Made by a program: the position numbers and the translations under genes
Part shown: positions 1-56,340 of the stretch, in pieces
Numbering within the stretch: position 1 is the first letter of the stretch
Layout of the letters: each line of letters starts with the position of its first letter
Notes under the pieces: model-generated
The model's database searches: none
What the model saw: only the letters and a program-made list of their open reading frames with translations
Told to the model about the DNA's origin: nothing
NCBI GenBank assembly: GCA_052327205.1
Contig: CM126203.1
Location: forward strand, 40,734,001 to 40,798,000
Reading direction: 5' to 3'
DNA: 64,000 nucleotides
DNA from: Somniosus microcephalus
Lineage: Eukaryota

Positions 1-1131
1 CTTGATTTTTGAAAATTGGTTTTGAGTTATAGGCTTTATTAAATGCTGAAATTTCCATTTAAAATGCGTCTCGTCCTTCATTTTCCCCGTGGGAGTTCCT
101 TGCCACGGCAAACTACTCCAGATAAGGCAACGTTGACTTTTTGGGACTACTGTAATTGATCTATTGATATGGGCTTTTGCTGTATTGATATATTGCGTGT
201 TGCTGCATTTTCAGCATGACTTCCTTTTTCTATCCTGATCCCCCTTCGTCTTGTTCATATATGGCACAATGCCCTGACTTTATTCTGTTAATTTTTTAAA
301 AGTAAATCTGGATATTGTTCTGAAATCCAAGATCATTGGTTCATATTGAATTAACTTGTTATTTAACTGACTTGATTTTCTTGTTACCTTGTGCAGTGTT
401 GGTGTTTATTGCAGGATGTTGAATTTTTCTGGCCCCAACCCACGTCAATTTGTATCTTGATAATTGTTCATGGAGTAGCTGTTTTAATTCTGTCTTAGAT
501 TACAATGTTAAAATGTGGGAGAGGTTACCAAACGGAGAATGGGAGTGGTAAAATCACGTAAGAACATGTTGGCAACAGACTTAAGGCTTGTAGATCAACC
601 AACTCTTGTGTTTTCACAGCTTAATTCTTCACCTGTTCTCTTTCCAGAAAAGTATCTCATTATTTTGTGGATCTATTTTTACTGACTTATTCAGTAGCTT
701 CTCAATCGATGGGGTAATGGCCAAGCTTTATGCAGAAAATCTGTTAATTGAGGTGCTACTGAGCAACATACTTTTACTTCTAAATATCCATGGAGACTTT
801 TTAATTTAAAAAAATGCTAAGGTAAATTTCAGTTAACGTAGAATAGTTTCTTGAGTCTTCCCCTTTCTTGCAGCATGTCTAAATACATTGAAAACACTTG
901 GGTAACTAGGGTTTCTGGCTTCAAAAGGATTTCCTGTCTTTGTTTTTTGCTATTTTATGTTTTCACTAAATCTGCATTGTTGGTCGTTTTACTTGTCTAG
1001 CATTTTTCTTTTATGGGGATGACTTGCATTTCTATAGTTCTTAAGTGCATAGAAACTAGGAGCAGGAGTAGGCCATTCGGCCCCTCGAGCCTGCTCCGCC
1101 ATTCAATGAGATGATGGCTGATCATTCAAAT

Positions 1132-4110
1132 TCAGTACCCTGTCCCTGCCTTCTCCCCATATCCCTTGATCCCTTTAGCCTTAAGAAATATATCCAACTC
1201 CTCCTTGAATATATTTAATGAACTGGCCTCCACCGCCCTCTGGCAGAGAATTCCACAGGTTCACCACTCTCTGGGTGAAGAAATTCCTCCTCATCTCAGT
1301 CCTAAATGGCTTACCCCTTATCCTTAGACTATGGCCCCTGGTTCTGGACTCCCCGGCCATCGGAAACATCCTTCCTGCATCTAGTCTGTCCAGGCCTGAC
1401 AGAATTTTATAGGTTTCGATGAGATTCCCCCCTCTCAATCTTCTAAACTCCAGTGTGTATAAGCCCAGTCGACACAATCTCTCCTCATACATCATTCCTG
1501 CCATCCCAGGTATCAGCCTGGTGAATCTTCGCTGCACTCCTTCCATGGCAAGAATGTCCTTCCTCAGATAAGGCGACCAAAACTGCACACAATACTCAAG
1601 GTGCGGTCTCACCAAGGCCCTGTACAATTGCAGCAAGACATCCTTGTTCCTGTACTCGAACTCTCTTGCTACGAAGGCCAACATACCATTTGCCGCCTTA
1701 ACCGCCTGCTGCACCTGCATGCTTACCTTCAGCGACTGGTGCACAAGAACACCCAGGTCTCTGCACTTCCCCTTCTCCCAGTCTATTGCCATTCAAATAA
1801 TAATCTGCCATCCTGTTTTTGCCACCAAAGTGGGTAACCTCACATTTATCCACATTATAGTGCATTTGCCATGTTTCTGCCCAATCACCCAACCTGTCCA
1901 AATCGTACTGGAGTTTCACGACATCCTCCTAACAGCATACCCTCCCACCCAGCTTTGTGTCGTCTGCAAATTTGGAGATATTACATCCAATTCCCTCGTC
2001 CAGATCATTAATATATATTGTGAACAGCTGGGGTCCTAGGACCGATCCTTGCGGTACCCCACTAGTCACTGTCTGCCACTCGGAAATCGACCCGTTTATT
2101 CCAACTCTTTGCTTTCTATCCGCCAACCAGTTCTCTATCCAAGTCAATACCTTGCCACCAATCCCATGTGCCTTAATTTTGCACGCTAATCTCTTATGCG
2201 GGACCTTATCGAAAGCCTTCTGAAAGTCCAAATACACCACATCCACTGGTTCTCCCTTATCTATTTTACCAGTTACATCCTCAAAAAATTCCAGTAGATT
2301 AGTCAAGCACGATTTACCTTTTGTAAATCCATGTTGACTTTGTCCGATCCTGTCACTGCTTCCCAAGTGCTCTGCTATTACATCTTTTATAATTGACTCT
2401 CGCATTTTCCCCACTACCGATGTCAGGCTTACCCGTCTATAATTCCCCGCTTTTTCTCTACCACCTTTTTTGAATAGTGGGGTAACATTAGCTACCCTCC
2501 AATCCATGGGTACTGTTCCAGAGTCTATCGAGTTCTGGAAGATGACCAGCAATGCATCTACTATTTCTCGGGCCACTTCCTTAAGTACCCTAGGATGTAG
2601 ATTATCAGGCCCAGGGGATTTATCGGCCTTCAGTCCCATCAATTTTCCTAACACCATTTCCCTACAAATACTGATTTCTTTCAGTTCCACCCTTTCATCA
2701 GACCCTATGTTCCCCGGCATCTCTGGGAGGTTATTTGTGTCCTCCTTTGTGAAGACAGCACCAAAATATGTATTTAGTTGGTCGGTCATTTCTTTGTTCC
2801 CCATTATAAATTCCCCTGATTCTGACTGCAAGGGACCTACGCTTGACTTCACCAATCTTTTTCTCTTCACATATCTATAAAAGCTTTCAGTCAATTTTTA
2901 TGTTCCCTGAAGGCTTACTCTCATATTCTATTTTCCCCTTCTTAATTAATCCCTTTGTCCTCCTTTGTTGAATCCTAAACTGCTCCCAATCCTCAGGATT
3001 ATTGGTTTTTCTGGCCAATTTATATGTCCTCTCCTTGGATCTTATGCTATCCCTAATTTCCCTTGTTAGCCAAGGTTGAGTCACCTTTTTTGTTTTATTT
3101 TTATGCCAAACTGGGGTGAACAAATTCTGTAGTTCATCCATTCGGTCTTTGAATGTTTGCCATTGCCTATCCACCATCAACCCTTTTGAGTGACATTCCC
3201 TAATCAATCCTACCCAACTCGCGCCTCAGACCATCGTAGTTTCCTTTATTTAAATTTAGGACCCTAGTCTCTGAGTCAACTACTTCATTCTCCATCTTAA
3301 TGAAGAATTCGATCATATTATGATCACTCCGACCCAAGGGGCCTCTTACAACAAGATTGCTAATTAATCCTTTCTCGTTACATAATACCCAGTCTAAGAT
3401 GGCCTGATCTCTGGTTGGTTCCTCGACATATTGGTCCAGGAAACCATCCCGTAAACACTCCAGGAATTCCTCCTCCACAGTATTGTTACTAATTTGTTTA
3501 GCCCAATCTATATGTAGATTAAAATCACCCATGATGACTGCTGTGCCCTTATTGCACGCTTCTTTAATTTCCCGTTTAATGCCATCCCTAACCTCTGCCT
3601 TACTGTTTGGAGGTCTATATACCACTTCCACTAACGTTTCTGCCCCTTATTATTTCTCAGTTCTACCCATACAGATTCCGCATCATCGGAGCTAATATCC
3701 TTCCTTACAATTGTTAATCCCTTCTTTAACCAGTGATGCTACCCCACCTCCCTTTCCTTTTTGCCTATCTTTCCTGAATATTGAATACCCCTGGATGTTG
3801 AGTTCCCAGCCATGGCCATCCTTGAGCCACGTTTCCGTAATCCCAACCAAATCATATTTGTTTACTTCTATTTACGCAGCTAATTCATCCACCTTATTAC
3901 GAATGCTGCTCGCATTAAGACACAAAGCCTTCAGGCTTGTTTTTTTAACGCTCTTAGACCTATTAGAATTATTATTTACTGTGGTCACGTTTGATTTAAA
4001 CCGTTGATTTCTCTGACTGCCACTTTTGTTTTTCTCCTTCCTATCTTTTGCTTTCATCCTTGTTTCCCTTTCCTCTGTCCCCCTGCTCAGGTTCCCAACC
4101 CCCTGCCATT
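1132..4110 (-). pseudogene. CR1 ORF2 (endonuclease/reverse transcriptase), frameshifted
   Basis: Consecutive ORF-track pieces 3872..4057, 3200..3631, 2887..3207, 1929..2894, 1698..1919 and 1181..1792 carry [51 protein letters not shown] and FADD. Confidence 0.92.
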
Positions 4111-5059
4111 TTAGTTTAAACCTTCCCCCAGAGCACTAGCAAACACTCCCCCTAGGACATCGGTTCCAGCCCTGCCCAGGTGCAAACTGTCCGGTTTGAA
4201 CTGGTCCCACCTCCCCCAGAACCGGTTCCAATGTCCCAGGAACTTGAATCCCTCCCCGTTGCACCATTCCTCTAGCCACGTATTCATCTGAAATATCCTT
4301 CTATTTCTACTCTGACTAGCACGTGGCACTGGTAGCAATCCTGAGATTACTACCTTTTGAGGTCCTATTTTTAAATTTACCTCCTAACTCCCTATATTCT
4401 GCTTTTAGGACCTCATCCCGCTTTTTACCTATATCGTTGGTGCCTATATGCACCACGACAACTGGCTGTTCACCCTCCCCTTCCAAGATGTTCTGCAGCC
4501 GCTCTGAGACATCCTTGACCCTTGCACCAGGGAGGCAACACACCATCCTGGAGTCTCGTTTGCGGCCGCAGAAACGCCTATCTATTCCCCTTACAATAGA
4601 ATCCCCTATTGCTATAGCTCTACCCCTCTTTTTCCTCCCGTCCTGTGCAGCAGAGCCACCCCTGGTGCCAGGAAGTTGGCTTCTGCTGCTTTCCTCTGAT
4701 AAACCATCCCCCCCAAACAGCACTCAGTGGTGTATCTGTTTGAGAGGGATGTCCACAGGGGACCCCTGCACTACCTGCCTGCGCCTAGTACTCTGCCTGT
4801 TAGTCACCCGTTCCCTTTCTGCCTGTCCAACCTCTACCTGCGGTGTGTCCAGCTCCGTAAACGTGCTATTCACGATGTCCCGAGCATCGCGTATGCTCCA
4901 GTATGCATCCAATCGCAGCTCCAGTGCCACAATGCGGTCTGTCAGTAGCTGCAGCTGGATGCACTTCCTGCACATATAGTTGTCAGGGACACAGGAAGTG
5001 TCCCTGTGTTCCCACATATCGCAGGTGGAGCATACCACGTGGTCGGGCTGTCCTGCCAT
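4111..5059 (-). pseudogene. CR1 ORF1 (zinc knuckle/leucine zipper plus SGNH esterase), disrupted
   Basis: CSTCDMW...MCRKCIQLQLL, GDSIVRG, HIGTNDIG and DSLHLG motifs, split by a stop and a frameshift. Confidence 0.9.
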
Positions 5060-5096
5060 GACTTGCCCTTCAATCCCACTAATTACACTACAGTTA

Positions 5097-5418
5097 CAGG
5101 AAACTTTGTGCTATCCGGCAACGACGGGACCGAGCTGTTGCCGTCCCATCAAAACTGCCGGACAAACCAGCGCTAATGTTGAAACATATGGAGATTTTGA
5201 GCTCCGTATCTGGCAACAAACCCAGCTTCGAAACAGTCAGCCGTACCTTGCAAGCGTCTCTGTAGCTTAGCAACAGCTTCAGCGAGACCTTGCAGAGCCT
5301 GACTGGTGGAAGAAAAAAAGCAACGAAAAGAAAAAAAACCTAACGAAACGGCTCCTGATTTTTGCCGGTGGCTTGAGCATTCCGGACAGTTAACCTCCGG
5401 ATAAACCAAAGTTTCCTG
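5097..5418 (+). mobile_element. Tc1/mariner(Tigger)-type MITE family A, copy 1, nested in the CR1 5' UTR
   Basis: TIRs CAGGAAACTTTG...CAAAGTTTCCTG flanked by TA on both sides; homologous to 26022-26339 and 40131-40566. Confidence 0.88.
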
Positions 5419-5599
5419 TAAATGGTTTACCAACAGTCCCCGTTACACCAGAGAGACCTTAGTAACTATAAACCAGAGTTTAAGTTTATAAAGAGAGAAA
5501 TACTCACCAACCAATCACTTACTTGCTTTCTGGTGACGTCACACTTTAATTACTTTTTACTTCTCTCCCTCTGAGCTCGGAGATTGGAGACTGGTACGT

Positions 5600-6073
5600 C
5601 TCACCTGGTCTAGCGCCCTTTTTAAACTGCCGAGTCTCGTGCAGGTCCGCACTGCCGCCTCCGCTGCTGCTGTGGGGCCTCACCTGGTCTGGTGCCCTTT
5701 TTAAACTGCCGAGTCTCGCGCAGGTCCGCACTGCCGCCTCTGCTGCTGCTGTGGGGCCTCACCTGGTCTGGCGCCCTTTTTAAACTGCCGAGTCTCCCGA
5801 GTTGTCTCGCGCAGGTCCGCACTGCCGCCTCCGCTGCTGCTGTGGGGCCTCACCTGGTCTGGCGCCCTTTTTAAACTGCCGAGTCTCGCGCAGGTCCGCA
5901 CTGCCGCCTCCGCTGCTGCTGTGGGGCCTCACGTGGTCTGGCGCCCTTTTTAAACTGCCGAGTCTCCCGAGTTGTCTCGCGCAGGTCCGCACTGCCGCCT
6001 CTGCTGCTGCTGTGGGGCCTCACCTGGTCCGGCGCCCTTTTTAAACTGCCGAGTCTCCCGAGTTGTCTCGCAC
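5600..6073 (-). repeat. GC-rich tandem monomer array (units 79, 79, 91, 79, 91 bp plus a partial unit) at the CR1 5' end
   Basis: Unit starts CTCACCTGG at 5600, 5679, 5758, 5849, 5928 (CTCACGTGG variant) and 6019; 91-bp units carry an extra CCGAGTTGTCTC. Confidence 0.95.
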
Positions 6074-6479
6074 TGCTTTTGCAGGGCAGTGGTAGCGAGT
6101 GGACACCAAGCTGGGATTTACAGGAAAAGAGAAACAGTAATCAATTGTAAAATGAGTAGATTCCACAAATAAAAGGAATTTCATGATACAGTAAAAGGAA
6201 ACCAGCATTTACAGTAATGGTACTGCCTGAAAATATACTGGGAATCATTCAACTTATTCACTTGTCATCAAGAACTGGAGGAACAACTTGAAACAAGAAG
6301 AAAACTTCAAAGTTCTTGCCTATAATACTGGCAGTTTTCTGATTTTTGATTTTATTGGTGTTGCTGAAATAAACACACATGCCAAATTTTCATGTCCTTT
6401 GTATTTTATAGCATAAAACTGAAAATGGGTGGCTGGCTGAGCCTGAAGGCCTTTTCCTGTTGCCAATATGTTCCTACAG

Positions 6480-6990
6480 CATAGACTTGCATAGAAATTA
6501 CAAAATAGAACAAGGCCATTCAGCCCAACCAGTCCATGTTGGTGTTTATACTTCACATGAGCAGTAGTCTTAATCCCATATTCTGCCTGTTTCCCCATAT
6601 CCCTTCATCCCCTTTCCTTCTACCTTTTGAAGCAGAGACCATGTCAACATTTAATCACTAAACTGTGGTAGTGAATTTCACAGCCACACAACCCTCCTTT
6701 TTAAAAAAAAAAAAACATTATTTCTCCTGCTTTCTGCCATAAGTCTCTTACACTTAATCTTTTTTCTATGTCCCCTTGTTCTAGAGCCTTTTTCAAGTCA
6801 CCCTTTGTATTTTAATTCCTTCATACCAGGCATAAATCTAGTGTATCTGCCCTGTACCCCCTCTATTGCCTCAACAACCTTCCTATAGCGTGGAACCCAA
6901 AAGTGGTCTTAGTAAGGTTTTTTTTATAGATTTACCATTACGTATTTACTTTTTTATTCTACAATGCTTGCCATAAAACCCAATATTTCA
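6480..6990 (-). mobile_element. Degraded CR1 3' fragment
   Basis: catagaaatt...ggccattcagcccaac tail and decayed 3' ORF2 sequence. Confidence 0.7.
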
Positions 6991-7119
6991 CACAAGTTCA
7001 CATGTCAGTTGTTAAAGCACAACATTACTACTATCCACTAACTGAACATATGTCCTGGCTTGATGTATAAAACTGAACTAGCAAGATTAATTTTGTGTAC
7101 TACTTGTTGTTCTCCCTTT

Positions 7120-7460
7120 CTTTCCTGAAGGCACTTACTCCTTGGGACACGGGAGGTAGCTGTACCTTGCCCAAGTGGACATTATTCATGTGTGGTCCTT
7201 AGCCGTGGGTATAAGCAGGCTGATCCTGTCCTCTCCAAATGTCCATGTGCATGCATTTGCAATGGGGGTTGCTACATGTCCACCTCGAGCAACAAACCGA
7301 GTGTCAATTCTCCCCCCCCCGCCAACACCTTTCTAACCCAGAGATGTTGACTCCAGTTGTAGCTCACTAGCACTGCTCTCACTGTTACGAGATAACTGCA
7401 CAGGTCAGTGACTGAACTTGGGACTTTCCACGTCTGTGGTCCAGCTGCTCAATAGATGCG
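7120..7460 (-). mobile_element. Ancient tRNA-derived SINE-like repeat; related decayed copies near 8790, 13790, 24330, 29500, 42510, 43140, 47570, 48990, 51740, 52930 and 63110
   Basis: Recurrent decayed motif of the type ctgagccata..gaccaggaaggtcccaggtt..atc..tggtctgtgctgagttagctg on either strand. Confidence 0.55.
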
Positions 7461-7729
7461 CTAGTTGAGGAATTGGTGGCGCTAAGTTACTGATGTGTGC
7501 CAGTATTTTACTAATTTCATATATAGTGCAATGCAAGCTACTTATAGCAGGCTTGTTTATATGTAGCTCATTTATCTGAAATGAGTGGCAGTTCAGTATG
7601 TTCCTACAAAGTAATATCTGGGTTTTTGTCGTTGTCTCCCTGTCCTGAATGATTTTAGAACTGCTTGTTCCACTTTTGTATTTAAGCAGACAGACTTTGT
7701 TTTGATTTTTAAGGTCAGTGGCTCTGCAA

Positions 7730-8270
7730 TAACTACAAGAAGTATTTATATAGCGCCTGTAACGTAGTAAAACGTCCCAACGCGCTTCACAGGAGTGTTA
7801 CAAGACAAAAAATTTGACACGAGCCACATGAGATATTGGGGCAGATGACCAAAAGCTTGGTCAGAGAGGTAGATTTTAAGGAGTGTCTTAAAGGAGGAAA
7901 GAGAGGTAGAGATGCGGAGAGGTTTAGGGAGGAAATCCCTGAGCTTAGGGCCTAGGCAGTTAAAGGCATAGCCACCAATGGTTGAGCGATTAAAATCAGG
8001 GATGCTCAAGAGGGCAGAATTAGGAGTGTAGAGATATCGCTGGGGGTGGGTTGTGGGGCTGGAAGAGATTTCAGAGAGGGGTGAGGCCATGGAGCGATTT
8101 GAAAACAAGGATGAGAATTTTAAAATCGAGGAGTTGCTTAACTGGGAGCCAATGAAGGTCAGTGAGCACAGGGGTGATGGGTGAATGAGACTTGGTGTGA
8201 GTTAGGACACAGGCAGCATAGTTTTGGAATACCTCAAGTTTACATGGGGTAGAACGTGGGAGGCCAGCCA
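7730..8270 (-). mobile_element. L2-clade LINE 3' fragment
   Basis: ORFs with SPITPVLTDLHWLPV..FKILILVFK and FKTLLKIYL, typical of the L2 ORF2 C-terminus; tail tttatatagcgcct. Confidence 0.85.
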
Positions 8271-8666
8271 ATCATTTAAGATGGTGGGGAAAAGTAGTAT
8301 GGCATTCAGCTGATCCTTCTGGTGTACTAAAGTGATCGTACGGCGGAGTCCATTGTACAAGTGGAAGATACGCAGAAGTGGAATTTACAAATAAGTTTTG
8401 TGTACAATTTTACAGCAATTATCCAAAATTAATTTGTTGCAATGTACTCTAATCGTTTGATTAAATCAACATCCATATCTGTTGTAGCAGTGGACTTGTG
8501 ATTGAACTCTATTGCTTTGGCTTGGCATTAGAGTTTCTGTCTGCTGTATTCCGTCATCCACCATATGTAAGTCCAGTTGGAGCTGCCGAAAGTTGTGGAG
8601 CTTCCTGATGGTTCTGTAACTATTTGCACTACCAAGTGCAGAATCCAGCAGTAAAGACTAGGATCT

Positions 8667-8752
8667 GTTCTGAGGAAACATCAACCTGTCTTTTCTCTGC
8701 AGATATTGACTGACTGACTGCTATGCATTTCCAGCATTTTCTATTTTTATTT
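8667..8752 (+). mobile_element. Degraded Penelope-type short repeat (hammerhead core broken)
   Basis: gttctgag-gaaacatcaac...tttccagcattttctatttttattt resembles the copies at 15156 and 52277. Confidence 0.55.
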
Positions 8753-10277
8753 AAAATTTGAAGTTTTTTTTTTAATGACTTTTGCTCGGCTTAATATCTG
8801 ATCTGTGCTAAATTTGCAGGACAGTAGTAGAGGTGCTATAATTGGCTTCAGCACCTTTGGGTTGGGAGTGGAGGATACAAAGCTGCTCCCCCCAGAAGAG
8901 TGAGCAGGTAGCTCACATATGTGATGAGCCTATTTAATTTTGTTTGTGGATACTGCTCTCCTTTCATTGGTCAATAACTAACTAACTCGGGTTGAATTTA
9001 GCTTTGCATCACTGTGCTATCTTTGGTTCTCCCCAAAAGGAAGCGATTCTCCCAGCAGGTAGATATTTCTAATATTAAAAAAAAAGCCTTATGCTGTGTA
9101 ATCTGAAGAGTACAGTTAATGGAAAGTACTTTTACCCCCCCAAGAAGATCAAGAATATTCTTACCGACAGCTTTTTAAAAAACTTCCATTATGTGTCCAT
9201 GTAGGTTGACAGTTACTTTTGAAGCATGGTTTAGCTGTACTCAATGAGAGTGAAATCCCTCAATGCTGTTGTGATTTCATTATTACTAAACAGTATGGCT
9301 AAGCTCTCCTATTATGAAACTATTAATGAGTAGCAGTAATGAGGCAGATAGTGTATTCTATTGTTGAAGCATACAGGATCCTCTCCCCTGATGACCTAAT
9401 GGATGAAAGCACCACCTGCTGTAGCGCTGAGCCAAATGGACTAGACGCTTTCTGATTGAGGGAAAAAGGAGGAAGATAAAAATAATGCCAGTCGGGAATC
9501 TTAAAAGTGCTTTGTTACACATTTTTCTGTTCATTTTGGAGGTTATAAATTCCTCCTGACAAGGAGTTACCCAGAATCACTGAATAATAACTAATTGTCT
9601 AGTAGTTCACAAGTCACTTGCTTTCCTGCCTCTTCAGTTGTCTGTATATTTAAAGATTTTGGAGAATTAACCCAATGGAGAGATCAGGACGGTTTCACTG
9701 GAAGAAACACTAATTTGAAGGATTTTTTATTTATAACAGTGTTCTTGATTTTCACCTGCTGATGAAGGCTATTGTGATTTGTCAGATTCTCATGAGATCA
9801 TTACTGTTTGCAGTGAGCGGTTACCATACTAATGTTGCAGTTCGAAGGAAGCTACTTTAATACAAAATATAGTCTTGTTAAAATTAGGTCTCTTAGCACT
9901 GATGCGTGCAATAGTAATTCTGATTTTTCTCCAAAAGACACTTAAATTCGTTCAGGCTTGATCAGGTACTTTGCAGGTGGTATAATTAATTCTTTTCCCT
10001 CGTCATTCCTCACTCAGTGGTGCCCATCCAGAGGAGGTGGAGGCAATATAATTCTCGAAAGGAAGGAATTGAAGATCACTTTTTCTTATCTAGCAGTGGA
10101 TTTAAGAGTGGCAGAAACCCGAGAGAAGGTTGCTGGATGGCTGACTCTGTGGGAAAACTGTTGACATTTGAGAAATCTTAAGTTGTGGAAAAATAACTTA
10201 CTGGGTCTGGGAAAATTGGAAGAAATAAATCATTAGAAAAACTGAATTCTAGTAAGTTTTTCCAATCCAAATGATAG

Positions 10278-53556
<43,279 letters not shown>

Positions 53557-56340
53557 ATGAAGGCGGTGACTGAAGTGAACACATTTTTGTTGCACATCTC
53601 TGATGTCAGCTCCCCACTCTTACCGACAGGATCTGTAAATATGTGTCAGGGTTTCATAAATGCCTACAGATCATAGACTTTCAGAATTGAAGGTCTTTTT
53701 TTTTATCCTGCTGACTTCAAAAAAAAAAAAATCTGAAATTTTGGAGGTGACTTCTGTACTATGTGTTTGTGAACCCCCGTGAGTGGGAAGGTGACATCAA
53801 TTGAATGCACTCAACACCCTTCTTGCAATTGGCTTCCCGGGTTTTTAACGTAATTTCTAAAGAATATTGAGAGCTATTTAAAAAGTTGGGTGTGTCACAG
53901 AAATGTAGTCTAATCATTACTGTCTTGAGATTCACGGTCAGCAGTATGCTGCCCTAGCACTGGATCCTCTAAGCACAAACTTATGTCAGGGCGGCAGTGT
54001 CTGACAGAAAATGAACGGAAACTACATGCAGACCACAGGAAATACCTGATGTAAATTGTGATGTACAGATTAATGTACCCAGTTTAAAAAAAAAGACATG
54101 TTAAAGAGGGATAGGTATTTGGAATTGAAGACTGAGGGGGGAGAAGAAGGGAGAGGTAAAATTAGGGCGTGTACTGACCATCGTTTCTAAATTCCTTGGA
54201 TTTTCTAACAAACAGAAATTTAGTACGTCTGTAGATCACCAGCTGCATTACGGAACAGTTCTGAGTCTGCGTTTCCATATTGCTGCTTATTGACGACCTA
54301 AAGTAGCGAATTTAGGCAGTCAGCGAACAGTTATTACTTTATTTTTAAATCCTAAAAGTTTGAGTGAAGTAGGAAGTGTTTGATAAATTAACTTGGTTTC
54401 ATGTTCTAATTTAGAGGACTGGTCTTGGACTCAGTACTGTTTTGTTAATGCAGATGCAGATTGTCATCAGTAACTACCTGACAGATTATGTAGAAAATTA
54501 TACATTGATCATTTGGATACCGGTTTTCCCTCCATGTAATGTCAATTATAGTACTTGAAGCCCAACATTTCTAAGGATACTTCTTGCTCTGCAGTTTTAC
54601 GCATGCCCCAGACTTTGTATGTTTTTAAAAGGGGCCCAGAATTTTTGGAGAAAAAAAAACCAGATTTGCTTCTTTATTTCTGCAGTTACAATTAATTCCC
54701 ATGGTTCTGAAATGCAAAAGGTACCAAATATACAATGCAATAAACAGTTTTTTTTGAAAATTGTTCTAACTGGGGTATTTATTAACATGGTTTTATTTTG
54801 CAGATTTCAGTTTCCTGGAGATTTATTTAAAAATTATGTGCCCCAGCATTTTGATTCTAAAGCACTGTCTGTTACTTATGAAGAAAATGTGATTTGCTCC
54901 CTGTTTATTTGATTTTAATTGTATACAACTTGTTTGTAAACGGTCTGTCCTAATCCCAGCTGGTTATCCAAGAAACATGCATTTCAGAGAAGTTGAATCT
55001 GAGGTTGTGAATTCTTATGTTACTGACTTGACGTTTGGCTACACAAACCAAGTAAAAAGACTGCACAATGTTCCATTTTAATGTTGCAGGGCTTTTGTGT
55101 ATTTTTTCCTGATCACTCTTGAAGCAGTTAAAGCTGGAGGCTGGGGGTACTGTGTACATCTATCCAAATAATGCAGCTGTGGGTCTGTCAAGAGAAAGCT
55201 TCCTAGGTTGGTATGAATAATGGACTTCTCATTGGTTCACAAGCTAGGATTATCAGTGGGTCTACATCAGTATGATCACTTTGAACCTGAACTCTTGTTA
55301 GGATTTGGTTTTGATCACTGAGGTTTTTTGTGTTCATGTCTTAAACCATTTCAGCACTGAGCCTTGTGTAGGGTTTTATTTTTCATTGTCTTTGAGATCC
55401 ATCCAGCACACAGGGTACTGGTACAGCGTATGAAATGTAAATTTTACATTTGTTTATGTGGTTAGTTCCATTTTAACCGCAATGGTTGTATTCAGCATCT
55501 AATAAACTGGTAGTGTTTGTGTCATGTTTGTCATAAGTCTTAATGCTAGAATCCACTCTCAATGCATTTAACTGCATTCACTTTGCTGCAAATGGGGATC
55601 TTTTAGGTTGGAAGGTTACAAATTGTTTTTGCTTTCTTTGGAAAGTATAGTAAATTAAATAATTTTTTAACTGCTTTTATAATGCTGTCCTTTGTAGACA
55701 AGCATTTTCACGTACAAAGGGATGTGCTATATGTGATCCTTTTAATCAGTGCAGTGGGCTGATTAAAACTACACTGCAGCTGTAATTTAGGAAGGAAGTG
55801 GAAATGCTTGGTCCTTTCATTGTCCAATCACAAGCTAGTCTGCTACAGTAGCACACCACTCACCAGGGAGACCCAAAGTCCCTTTGGCTGGGGGTTACAG
55901 TCAAGCTGCTGCCTTGAGAGAAAAACCACGCTAACTTTTGCTTGGGTTAGGATATTTATTCCTGCCTCTGGTTATCTAAGGAACAATACTAATATCGACA
56001 GCCTGCATTGTGGCTATTTTCCACTTAAGCCATCCCCCAGTTGACACACAATAAGCTAAATTGCTTGCATTTCAACTTTTTTTTTGTACTAAACAGCTTG
56101 CTGGTCGGGCTTTATTTTTTTTTAAACCAAGCCGTGTCAACATTGCTGGTCCCAAGATTTATTTGCCCCAGGATTTTGCAACAGCTCTTTGATCAATGGA
56201 GTAGACGAAACACCTGTCTAGAAAGTATAAAAAAGTAGTGTGAATTAATTTTAATTATACAGTAATGTTAACACTTTGAGAATACAATATAGCTATGTTT
56301 TAGATTATTTGAAATAAACTGTATATAAGGGAGGATAATA
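53557..56340 (+). other. NAA15: NAA15 3' UTR with alternative polyadenylation signals
   Basis: TE-free AT-rich stretch after the stop; AATAAA at 54739, 55501 (followed by a GT-rich tract) and 56313. Confidence 0.6.

Larger units (their letters stand above)
1048..6073 (-). mobile_element. Apparently full-length CR1-clade LINE (HER1-like), antisense in NAA15 intron 2
   Basis: 3' tail (catagaaa...) at 1048; ORF2 with APE endonuclease (GDFN, SDH) and RT (FADDTKL); ORF1 with zinc knuckle and SGNH esterase; 5' UTR and monomer array; possible 3-bp TSD TGC. Confidence 0.93.

Noticed and set aside
4323-4979. 218-aa + strand ORF and other long ORFs overlapping CR1 elements
   Set aside because: Antisense shadows of CR1 ORF1/ORF2 with no recognisable domain.
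5600-6073. CRISPR-like array or repeat-protein gene (MRTCARLGSLKRAPDQ ORFs)
   Set aside because: Units are contiguous with no unique spacers, the context is eukaryotic with no cas genes, and the ORFs are frame-shifting shadows of a 79/91-bp tandem repeat.
9388-9421. CTGATGA...GAAA hammerhead-like motif on the + strand
   Set aside because: Stem II is only 2 bp and misregistered, the cleavage triplet would be NUG, and there is no stem I; likely chance.
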